Below are positions 1 through 11,272 of a DNA stretch of 64,000 nucleotides, one piece after another. This DNA is from Macrostomum lignano. Lineage: Eukaryota. The DNA lies in NCBI GenBank assembly GCA_002269645.1, contig NIVC01000467.1:1-64000 (forward strand). The letters run 5' to 3'. The position numbers were made by a program, and so were the translations under genes. Position 1 is the first letter of the stretch; every line of letters begins with the position of its first letter. Below the pieces are notes generated by a model that worked only from the letters and a program-made list of their open reading frames with translations, searched no databases and was not told where the DNA came from.

Positions 1-1760
1 TTTAAATCAACCCCTCCAGTACACAGAGACCGACTCCTTTTCAATACGCTGTGCAGTTAGAAAATTGAACCCCATCTGTTGGGGGCATTGAACCAAAAAA
101 TGAGTACAATCTTTGCAGAAAGCTAAAAGTATGGAAATAGTTTTTTGATGCTGCTCTTTTAGTCTTTATATTGAAAGCTAACAATTTATATCCTCGAACT
201 CAGCGTTGCAAGATCTTTTCAGCAGTATAAGTCTCTTCTCTTAAAGTTTAGAACTCGAAGAGCAGTTAGCGTTTGAAAGTTTCCGTTTTAAAGCATTAAA
301 ATATCGAGTGTACGTTCACTGCCTGCCAAAGAGGCTCGCAAGTTGATTCATTCACTACACAGGCCGGCTATTACACAGGGCAGCGTATTGAAAGGCACAG
401 ATAATAAAACAAATTGATGGTGCAACCGATTTCACAGTCAGTCAGTATCAGTCTCAGTTAAAGTTAACAAAAACATTGCGCAATCTAAATCAACCCTCCA
501 ATACACAGCAGCAGTGAGAAGTTGAACCCTCCCCCAACTTTATCTATTACGTCTCGCAAAACTGAGCACAATTTTTGCAGAAAGTTAAAAGCATCGAAAT
601 AGTTTTTTCAATGCTGTGCTTTTTTCTTTTTATATTTAAAGCAAACAACTTATATCCCCGAACTCAGCGTTGCAAGATCTTTCCAGCAATATAAGTTTCT
701 CCTCTGAAAGTTTAAAACTCGAGGAACAGTTAGCGTTTGAATTTACCAATTTCCCGACTACTTGCTAGAGAAGCTCGCAAGTTTATTCATTGAATTTCAC
801 TGCCAAACTAATACACAGGGCCGATAATAAAAAATGAACCAATTGAATCAATTGATTGTGCAATATATTTCTGTGTTAGTCAGTATCAGTCTCAGTTAAA
901 GTTAACAAACAGATTGCGCAATCTAAATCAACCCTCAAATACACACCGACCGACCTCCTAACTGTTGGGGGGTCGGTCGAACGCCATTGAAATCCTAAAA
1001 TGAGTACAATCTTTGCAGAAAGCTAAAAGTATGGAAATAGTTTTTTTGATGCTGCTCTTTTAGTCTTTACATTTATAGCAAACAATTTATATCCTCGAAC
1101 TCAGCGTTGCAAGATCTTTTCAGCAGTATAAGTATCTTCTCTTAAAGTTTAGAACTCGAAGAGCAGTTAGCGTTTGAAAGTTCCCGTTTTAAGGCATTGA
1201 AATATCGCGTGTACGTTCACTGCCTTCCAAAGAGGCTCGCAAATTTATTCATTCATTACACAGGCTGGCTATTACACAGGGCAGCCTATTGAAAGGCACA
1301 GATAATAAAACAAATTGATGGCGCAACCGATTTCACAGTCAGTCAGTATCAGTCTCAGTTAAAGTTAAGAAAAACATTGCGCAATCTAAATCAACCCTCC
1401 AATACACAGCGCCCGACCGCCTTCCACTACGCAGTGGCAATTAGCAATTGAACCCCCCAAATTTATCTCTGACCTATCGCAAAAATAAGTACAATCTTTG
1501 CAGCAAGTTAAAAGTAAAAGTAATAAAATCGTTTTTTGAATGCTGTGCTTTTAATTTTTACAGTTAAAGCAAACAACTTATATCCCTGAACTCAGCGTTG
1601 CAAGATCTTTCCAGCAATATAAGTCTCTCCTCTCAAAGTTCAAAAATCGAGCAACAGTTAGCATTTGAAACTTTCTGATTTAAAGCATTGAAATATCGAG
1701 TGTACGTTCACTGCCTGCTAGAGAGGCTCGCAAATTGATGCATTGAATTTCACTGTCCGC
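1..1760. repeat. Tandem array of about 4 diverged ~440-480 bp units in alternating A/B pattern
   Basis: Units restart at TAAATCAACCC near 3, 486, 924 and 1387, and each contains GAACTCAGCGTTGCAAGATC. Units 1 and 3 share AATGAGTACAATCTTTGCAGAAAGCTAAAAGTATGG; units 2 and 4 share GCAAACAACTTATATCC...TTTCCAGCAATATAAGT. Confidence 0.85.
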
Positions 1761-1939
1761 CAGTTAGCTAGGGTCCAAGTGTACACACGCCGCCACTGAG
1801 AACGCTCCTATCCCCCACTGGAGAGAAAAAACACTGCCAAGTTAGCAAAATTTTATGGCGCAATCACTTAAAATTCATGCAGATTTTCAGCTCCAAGCAG
1901 AAAGAGGGGACAATTAAGATTATCAAAGGTCAAGACCGC

Positions 1940-2175
1940 CGTTTTCTGCTTTTTTGAGGATCTTAGAAATTAAAATTTCAGAATTAAAATAGCCTATAGC
2001 CGACCTCGGATAATTTCCAATCTTCCCATATAAGTTTCAACGCTGAGTTGGCACTATTCAAGGAGGAGTTGTCGAAATGACAGACAGACAGACAAACAAC
2101 GCGTCAACTTTAGTATATATAGATATGCAACTGACATACAGACAAACATCACACCAACTTTAGTATAAGATAAAT
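1940..2175 (+). mobile_element. Possible non-autonomous Helitron/INE-like fragment ending in (ACAG)n...TTTAGTATATATAGAT
   Basis: The order AATAGCCTAT...AAGTTTCA...GACAGACAGACAGACA...TTTAGTATATATAGAT resembles ends of invertebrate non-autonomous rolling-circle elements. Pattern recognition only, no alignment. Confidence 0.35.
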
Positions 2176-2688
2176 ATTAAGAGCAATGCTTGTAGCAGCG
2201 GCACTGGGACTTAAGCGCCATTTTTGCCTTCCTCTTTTTTCGTCCCGCTCTCCGGATCAGTCGTTGAAAATGCCACATATTTGGCCAGACAGCCGGACAG
2301 ACAGCCAAGCTAGCTTATGGTAAGGGGTGGGATTTTTTTCCCATCGCCTAGTAAGTCTAGGGATGCGAGCTTTCCTAGCGACAGGATTTTTTTAAGCTGG
2401 GATTCGCGCATAATCCTATCCCATATCACGTGTTGTACTTCTTCTTTTTTGGCGACAGCAGTTGCTTGTGCATCTCAAAACTGTCTGCCCGCCTGTCTGT
2501 TTGTCCCGCTTCTAGGTGTTAAGCCTAAATCTGCATCTGCATACAAACTGGAGGATGCTGTTCACCTTCATCGGGAATACTAAATTTATTATAGTATTAA
2601 TGCGTTTACACTTAGTGCACTTGAACTGTTCAATATTTATTTAGAAGGCCGATTTGATTTATTTTTTTAAACCGAATGCGAAGACTTT

Positions 2689-2950
2689 CCTTAATCCCCT
2701 TGAGACTCGCCTCTTAATCCCTTAAAAATCGTCCCTTATCCCCTTGAGAATCGTCCCTTAATCCCTTGAAGAATCGCCCCTTAATCCCCTTGAGACTCGC
2801 CCCTTAATCCCCTGGAGAATCGATGTTTAATCCCTTTAAGAATCGCCCCTTAATTCCCTAGGGACTCGCCCCTCAATCCCGGGAGAATCGCCGCTTAATC
2901 CCCGGGAGAATCGCCCCTTTATCCCCTTGAGAGTCGCCCCTAATCCTTAA
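2689..2950. repeat. 22-23 bp minisatellite (CCCTTAATCCCCTTGAGAATCG)
   Basis: About 12 degenerate copies read directly. Confidence 0.9.
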
Positions 2951-3048
2951 GAGAAGCGCTCTCTTTAGATGATATGATATGATATGATAATCCCTATTCA
3001 AATCTGAGCCCTACAAATGCTTAATCTCCCCTCCCAACACCCCTGCAG

Positions 3049-6000
3049 CAATCTACAAGAGATCAGCTTAGTAACAGTGAAACTGTTTCGCGAAGCCAAT
3101 CGCAAGAAGAAGAAAGATCAAAATCAATTAATTGGCGAAGTTCACCTGCCGGTGCACGAGATTCTCAGCCAGACTGAACAATGGTACAGCCTTCAGGCTG
3201 GCAAGACTGCTGCCAACGCATCGCCTTCATTGCGAATCAAATCTCGCTATTTAAGCGTTGACGTCTTGCCAGTATCTTGGTATGACGGCCTCCGCGACTT
3301 TCTACTGGCAGATTATTGCCAGCTAGTGAGAGTATTGGAGCCCAGCTTGCCTGTCAGGCTGAAAGAGGATCTGGCCTGCAAACTAGTAGCCCTGGCTCAT
3401 TCTAGCGGCAAATCTGAGTCCCTGGTAGCGGATTTGCTATTGCAAGAATTAGAACACTGCGGCGCTAGCGAAGCGGCCGCTGTTGTAGCATTCCGCGGCA
3501 ATTCCATAGCAACTAAAAGTGTAGAATATTATCTAAGATTAGTTGGCTCGGATTATCTGCGTTCGGTGCTGGCCGAGCCTGTCACGATTCTGTTGCGTAG
3601 CGACGAGTGCTGCGAAGTAGATCCGATGAGAGTCTCTGGCGAGGCCGAGCTCGAGTCCAATCAGCAATCGTTGAGATTATTCGCCGAGCTATTCTGGACT
3701 CGAGTGTTCACCTCGGTTGATCGACTGCCTGTCGAGTTCGGACGCCTGTTCGCTGGCATCCGTCAGCGCAGCGATCAGCAGCTGTGCGACCAGCTGGTTG
3801 GGGCCAGCATCTTCCTGCGCTTCATCTGTCCGGCTATACTCGGCCCGTCTCTGTTCGGCCTGTGCCAGGAGCTGCCCGGACCGAGGACGGCGAGGTCCTT
3901 GACGTTGATTGCTAAAACTGTACAGAATCTTGCCAATGGTAAGCGAGGGGCTTGCGTTTTTTATTTGAATTTTAAATCAAATCAGGAGTGTCAATTATTG
4001 TAAAGGAAATTCTACGAACCCACGACAGTGGACGGCAGACCCTAACCTAAGACATAACCCCAATCTAAACCCTTAACCTACCCTAAACCCTAAACTAAAC
4101 GCTAATCTAACCTAAAGCCTAAACTGAACCCTAAACTTAATCTAAAACCTAAACTCAACCCTAAACATAATCTAAAACCTAAACTCAACCCTAAACCTTA
4201 TCTAAGCCCTAAACTAAACCCTAAACCTAATCTAAAACCTAAACTAAATCCTTAACTTAATCTAAACCCTAAACTAAACCCTAAACCTAATATAAAACCT
4301 AAAGTCAACCCTGAACCTAATCTAAACCCTAAACTAAACCCTAAACCTAAACTAAATCCTTAACTTTATCTAAACCCTAAACTAAACCCAAAACCTAATC
4401 TAAAACTTAAAATAAATCCTTAACCTAATCTCAATATCTCTAACTAAACCATAAACCTAACCTAAACTCTTAATCTCTCTAAACCTTAACTAAACGCCTA
4501 ATCTAAAACCTAAACCCTAACCCTAGACTAAATCTTAACACTAAACCGAAATCGTTGGTAGACAACTTACAGTAAGTCTATTGTCGTGCTTTGCTGCCAT
4601 AAATTTCCTTGTTGAGGATTTCTCTCTGGCCCCTGAGCACTCACATCTGTTTTTTTAATATTTCCTTGCCTTTCTACTCATAGTAGCTAGATTCTGATTC
4701 AAAAGAAAGTCAATAGCCAAGTGGGTTAACGTATTTAACTGTCAGCGCTTTTAAGTTAAGCAAACTTTTTTTGGTTAGTACGCAGCTGAATAGGCTAGCA
4801 TCACCCCTCAAGGCAGTCAGCAAATAATTAAACTGATCTAGAATGCTTAGTTTGCATAAAGGCGTCCATAGAATCTTGTCTACGTAAGTAGCTTTAGTGT
4901 ACTACCGATATGTATCAAAAGTAGCTTTAAACAGAACTCTAGATTATAATTAGCCGATATGTATCGAAAGTAGCCTTAAGCTAAATAGCTAAAACACAAA
5001 CTGACCTCTCCAGGCACCTGGTTCGGCGGCAAAGAGGCCTATATGAATTTTATGAACAAATTCTTGGAGCAGCACCAACAGAACATGGCGCACTTTGTTG
5101 CCAGCCTGCAAACAATCCGTCAGCGACAGCCTGCCGCAGGCGGAGCTTCGGCCGACTCTGTTGACGCCAGTTTTGAATTGGCGCAGGCTCACACTCTACT
5201 AACTTCAGCTCTGCAATTGTTGCGCAATAATGGGCATCCGGCTTTCTCTGCTGCTGCTTCTGCTGCTCCTGGAGAAGTTGGCGCCGATGGTCAGAAGCGC
5301 TGTCTGGACCGTCTGTCCGACCATCTGAACACCGTGTCCGTGTGCCTCAAGCTCAACGTTCCCCCGCAGCCTCTGACGCCATCGCCGCCGCCGTTGCAGC
5401 CTCGATCGGCATCGTTGGCTCTGACTGCCGCGACTGCGGCGAATGGCGACTCAGACAGCGACACTCGGCCAGTGAGGAACACGAGCCCGGCGCCGCAGGT
5501 TGCCGCAGATCGACAGGTCAGTGCAGTTTTTGGCTCTGTCAGAATCGAACTTGAAAGCTAATTTAAAAGAGGGCCATCGAGCTGGCGCCCGCCCCACCTT
5601 GTGACCCGTTATGGAGATCAATAATTTTGCTTCAGGGCGCCAAAATGAGTGCCTGTCTGTGGCGCCAAAATGAGTGCCTGCCTGTGGCGCCAAAATGAGT
5701 GCCTGCCTGTGGCGCCAAAATGAGTGCCTGCCTGCGGCGCCAAAATGAATGCCTGCCTGCGGCGCCAAAATGAGTGCCTGCCTGTGGCGCCAAAATGAGT
5801 GGCTGCCAGTGGCGCCAAAATGAGTGCCTGCCTATGGCGCCAAAATGAGTGGCTGCCTGTGGCGCCAAAATGAGTGGCTGCCAGTGGCGCCAAAATGAGT
5901 GCCTGTCTGCAATTTAAATTTATTTAAATTGTTGTACAGATTGTTATACGCAGTACTAATTAGATGGCGAGGCATTCTTAGAAAGCTAAAGTTACTCGCT

Positions 6001-7225
6001 CCGTTTACCCGTATAATTTTATCTCGTACCTACCTATGTATGTTGTTAAAGCCAAGTTGTAATCAATTGTTTTCAATCTTACCCTCCTTACCTGTGTACG
6101 TTGCAAAAACCAAAATTTAATCAATCGCTTTCAATCTCAATTTCTCAAATCGTTCTAATAAAATCCTGACGATGCACCATGGCGTGCGAAACGCGTTGAA
6201 GTTGTTAGAAATTGCAATCATATTCAAATGTTGATATAAGCTTTCTATTTATTCTTCTCACTAAGCGAGGACTCTACCAGCAGAAATCAATTCCGGTTTC
6301 TATTTTCATTATTTAGGAAACCGCCGCCTCTACTGGCCGAGATTCTCGGCCACTGTCTGGCGCTTCAGCCGTCGTCGGCCACAGCCAGATCCAAGAGGAT
6401 TGGCGGCGGGTGCTTGACGAAGCCGCCGCTTCGGCCGCCGCCACGGTTGCCAGCGCATCGGCCGCTGTTGCCGCCGTCTCCGGGGTCAGCAGCAGCGCCG
6501 GAAGCAGCAGTGGTTATCAGAGCGGCAGACTGAGAAAGCCCCAGCAACAGCAACAGAAGCAACAACAGAAGCAGACACAGCCAGACCCATTGAACTGGTC
6601 AAATGATTCTCGAAATTCTCCGCTGCAATTTCACAATCCGTCTTATCAGAAGCCGGCCAGCGCTTTGGTATTGCCAGCCCCAGCTCAGCAGCAACAACAA
6701 CAAGCGTCCGTCGATTCTGCTGCTTTTAGAAGAGACGCCAACAACGACGAGGATGAAGAAAGCAGCGATAGCGACGCCAGCAGCAGCGAACTGGTTGCTT
6801 CTAGTAGCGTCGGAACCGGCACTAGCAGTACTAAAAGCAGCAGCGAAAGCAGAAATCAGAAATTGCAACAGGAACAACAGCAACCGCCTCCACTGCCGCC
6901 ACATAAAGTTCGAATGGGTCTCCGATCTGTACAGCATCCGCATCATCAACCCCAGCAGCAGCAGCAGCAGCAATTGGCCAACTCTGAACTGCTTGACCTT
7001 CAACGCGAATTGAACGAGACCCGTCGTCAGCTGGAAGCCACGGAAGCTCGTCTGCGCTCCAACGAGCGCGAGAAACTCCAGCTGATGGACGAATTCCGAC
7101 GCGGCGCCAAGGAACGCCAGCGCCGAGAGTTGGAGAACAGCAAACAGTTGGCTGAGATTATGGAACGCCTGCGGCTGTTGGAGAATGAAGCTAAGGCTAG
7201 CGGAGCTGTTAGTAGACCGGTTTGA
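3049..7225 (+). CDS. Ras GTPase-activating protein, SynGAP/DAB2IP/RASAL2-like (C2 + RasGAP + C-terminal coiled coil), 3' partial; exons 3049-3938, 5014-5516, 6317-7225
   Basis: Contains a C2 tail (VKLFRE...IGEVHLP...EQWYSL) and RasGAP motifs FRGNSIATKS, FLRFICPAILGPSLFGL and LTLIAKTVQNLAN. Splicing AATG|GTAAG to CTCCAG|GC gives LAN-GTWFGGKEAYMNFMNKFLE. CAG|GTCAGT to TTTAG|GAA is phase 0 and continues to a coiled coil (QLAEIMERLRLLENE) and a TGA stop. No upstream PH exons were seen in the window. Confidence 0.9.
4040..4545. repeat. Degenerate telomere-like (TAAACC/CCCTAA) intronic array, ~30-bp superunit
   Basis: Repeats of CTAAACCCTAAACTAAACCCTAAACCTAAT inside the RasGAP intron. Confidence 0.8.
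5635..5910. repeat. 25-bp minisatellite GGCGCCAAAATGAGTGCCTGCCTGT
   Basis: About 11 copies, intronic in the RasGAP gene. Confidence 0.95.
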
Positions 7226-7337
7226 TGTATTGCAGATTTATTGTAGATATTGATATTGACTTTTAATGGTTTACTAAATTAGGCTTTAGGCAATCAGAAT
7301 GAAGGCTCTATATGAAGTCGGGAGCTTATGTGTTTGT

Positions 7338-8414
7338 GTGCAGGGTTGGTTATGTCTATGGTAAAATCTCCTCTATGTGTAGCGTGCAGGATTGGTTATG
7401 TCTGTGGTAAAATCTGCTCTATGTGTAGCGTGCAGGATTGGTTATGTCTATGGTAAAATCTGCTCTGTTTAGCGTGCAGGATTGGTTATGTCTATGGTAA
7501 AATCTGCTCTATTTAGCGTGCAGGATTGGTTATGTCTATGGTAAAATCTGCTCTGTTTAGCGTGCAGGATTGGTTATGTCTGTGGCAAAATCTCCTCTAT
7601 GTGTAGCGTGCAGGATTGGTTATGTCTATGGTAAAATCTGCTCTGTTTAGCGTGAAGGATTGGTTATGTCTGTGGCAAAATCTCCTCTATGTGTAGCGTG
7701 CAGGATTGGTTATGTCTATGGTAAAATCTGCTCTGTTTAGCGTGAAGGATTGGTTATGTCTGTGGTAAAATCTGCTCTGTTTAGCGTGAAGGATTGGTTA
7801 TGTCTGTGGTAAAATCTGCTCTGTTTAGCGTGAAGGATTGGTTATGTCTGTGGTAAAATCTGCTCTGTTTAGCGTGCAGGATTGGTTATGTCTATGGTAA
7901 AATCTGCTCTGTTTAGCGTGAAGGATTGGTTATGTCTGTGGTAAAATCTGTTCTGTTTAGCGTGAAGGATTGGTTATGTCTGTGGTAAAATCTGCTCTGT
8001 TTAGCGTGAAGGATTGGTTATGTCTGTGGCAAAATCTCCTCTATGTGTAGCGTGCAGGATTGGTTATGTCTATGGTAAAATCTGTTCTGTTTAGCGTGAA
8101 GGATTGGTTATGTCTGTGGCAAAATCTCCTCTATGTGTAGCGTGCAGGATTGGTTATGTCTATGGTAAAATCTGTTCTGTTTAGCGTGAAGGATTGGTTA
8201 TGTCTGTGGTAAAATCTGCTCTGTTTAGCGTGAAGGATTGGTTATGTCTATGGTAAAATCTGCTCTGTTTAGCGTGAAGGATTGGTTATGTCTGTGGTAA
8301 AATCTGCTCTGTTTAGCGTGAAGGATTGGTTATGTCTGTGGCAAAATCTCCTCTATGTGTAGCGTGCAGGATTGGTTATGTCTATGGTAAAATCTGCTCT
8401 GTTTAGCGTGCAGG
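7338..8414. repeat. 44/46-bp minisatellite (AGCGTGCAGGATTGGTTATGTCTATGGTAAAATCTGCTCTGTTT)
   Basis: About 24 high-identity copies. Confidence 0.95.
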
Positions 8415-9227
8415 ACCAGAGCATACCGCTTGATTATCTCTAAAAGTCTAATTTAGTGTCAAAAAGTGCAATTAAGTATAAGTCGCTGAGGAAGCACATC
8501 ATTCCTTGTATATTCGATAGCAAGAAAGTGCGTTGTGTACCTTTGAAATCCACTGCCCAAAATTTGCTTTCTTGGTTCCGTAATATTTAACAGTTTGCTC
8601 TTGTATTTTTGTTTTGTTAACAAAAAAAATATTTTTAGTTCATAATTTTATCCTTCTATATAAATATGGTCTTGTGATAATTAGTTGGATCTTATAATGT
8701 ACTTTAATTAAATTTGCGCTAATCTTGCACTGAGCTCCTACCGTCATGGAAAATTTAATTTTATATTTTATCGATTTTTATCGATTTTATCGAACACGGC
8801 GAAAAAAATGGTTAGCTGCAATGTACTTTAGGTACCTCGCATCGCTTTCACCGCACTGTATTATAAGTTCTTCATTTTGTCCGTGTCATATGCTAGTGTA
8901 ATTTTGCATATAACTAACTATTGGCTTCATTTTTATAACATAGTTGACGCCATCTCACTTAATTAATGAGTACTTACGTCACCGACCTTGTATTGTTAAG
9001 TGTTATATGTCGTTTCTTTCGATGTATTTATATTTTTATATTTACTTTGTTTTGCTATTTAACTATGTAAGCGTGCAGTAATCATCTGTTAATATGTAAC
9101 AGTAATTAAGCTGTACATGGGTTTCAGTATAATGCCAGAATCTCATATTTCCATATTTTAGGCCCCTAAAGTTCAGTCTGCAAATTTTAGGGAATCAGTC
9201 AATTGGCTAAGGTCTAATTAGATATTT

Positions 9228-9470
9228 TAGAGGGCGCCATATTAAAATCTAAGAGGGTGCCAAATTGGAATCTAAGAGGGCGCCAAATTAGAATCTAAGA
9301 GGGCGCCAAAATAGAATCTAAGAGCGCGCCAAATAAGAATCTAATAGCGCGCCAAATAAAAATCTAAGAGGGCGCCAAATTAGAATCTAAGAGGGCACTA
9401 AATTTGGATTTTAGAGGGCGCCAAATTTGAATCTAAGAGGGCGCCAGATTAGAGTCTAATCGGGCTTCAA
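9228..9470. repeat. 23-bp minisatellite AAGAGGGCGCCAAATTAGAATCT
   Basis: About 10 copies. Confidence 0.9.
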
Positions 9471-9776
9471 ATTACTCGTAGAAATTTTATCATATTTTTG
9501 TTTATTACTTGCAAACCAAGTGGGCAATCTCAGTCCATGTGATTTTCATTCGTGTGTTTTTGTTTATGTATTTTTTAATTCACTGTATAACTTTTCATCT
9601 GTAAAGTAATCTGGTTGATTACGTTGTCACTAATTCCTCACATCAGTATAATTATTATCGATGATACTTAATTATGATTTTAATATTTGAAAGTGTCGTA
9701 AATAAAATTGTCCTGCGCTGGCCTGTACAAAGACGGGTCTTGATCATCCTACTATCTCGAAAATATTTGTTTAACA

Positions 9777-10268
9777 GGCCATTCTCAATGTAGTTTAACA
9801 GTTTAGCATGCCATTCTCTATGTAGTTTAACAGTTTAGCATGCCATTCTCAATGTAGTTTAACAGTTTAGCATGCCATTCTCAATGTAGTTTAACAGTTT
9901 AGCATGCCATTCTCAATGTAGTTTAACAGTTTAGCATGCCATTCTCGATGTAGTTTAACAGTTTAGCATGCCATTCTCAATGTAGTTTAACAGTTTAGCA
10001 TGCCATTCTCAATGTAGTTTAACAGTTTAGCATGCCATTCTCAATGTAGTTTAACAGTTTATCATGCCATTCTCAATGTAGTTTAACAGTTTAGCAGGCC
10101 ATTCTCAATATAGTTTAACAGTTTAGCATGCCATTCTCAATGTAGTTTAACAGTTTAGCAGGCCATTCTCAATATAGTTTAACAGTTTAGCATGCCATTC
10201 TCAATGTAGTTTAACAGTTTAGCATGCCATTCTCAATGTAGTTTAACAGTTTAGCAGGCCATTCTCAA
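9777..10268. repeat. 32-bp minisatellite CCATTCTCAATGTAGTTTAACAGTTTAGCATG
   Basis: About 15 near-identical copies. Confidence 0.95.
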
Positions 10269-11272
10269 TTATTAAAAATGAGTCAAATGTAATCCGCAAG
10301 CTGAAATGAAGTTAAAGCAAACAAAAATAGAATTTATTGATATTATCGAGCACAACTGAAAACTTAAGTGTTAGCAGTCGATGTGATAATATATTATCAA
10401 TTAAATAGTTTCGTTACCAATTTATTTTTCGATTTGTTAAAAGCCCACAGCTGCCATTTCGATTTTTAAAAAAGACTTTAACTATAGCAAATATTTAAAA
10501 ATTCGTATGTATATTTTAATTATTTAAAAACTGGTAAATTTTTACATTTAAAACTAATTAATAAAATTGTTCGCCTCGGCTAAAACAGATTTTTATAACT
10601 GAGTGCGAAAAGACTGGAATGTTGGGAAAAGGACATTTAGGTTTATATAGATTCTCTAGATCCACTTTATAGCAACGAAGTTTTTGACTCCATAGGCAAT
10701 AACTACAAGCATATTATAATTACATTTACTATAATTCAGACTATTAATTATTAATAAAACTATAAATATAGCTTGAATTGAGGACAGCTAAAACAGAAAG
10801 ACGCCACACTCGAGTTTCTTAGAAATGAGCTGGAGTTTGTTAAGGAGCGCATATTAGTCGTATCGCTGGTGCATTTACTATGCTCTCGAAAACGCATAGC
10901 CCTGAATGGCGTTTAGCCATAGACAAATTCTGTCTATAAAAAAATGACGGTACGACAAATATACGCCACGTTCCTTACCGAATTTCTAAGAAAATCGATC
11001 GCAGCGTCTTTCTTCAGTTGTCTATGTCTTGAACTGATTACTATAGTCTATGGCAACTAATATGCTACCCCTTGATTCTATGTTGAATTGCTGCCAATGG
11101 TAATTAATAAAGACCAATGCAATGCAGCTTTAACGAACTTTTTCTCAAATTGATTTTCTCTGCCGTTGCGATAATAACTCTCATCATACAAGTACAGGTA
11201 CAATAGTTACAGGTATGCAGCAGGTACATGTACGGCTAAAACAGCTTTATGATAATTTGAGTTCACTGCCGC

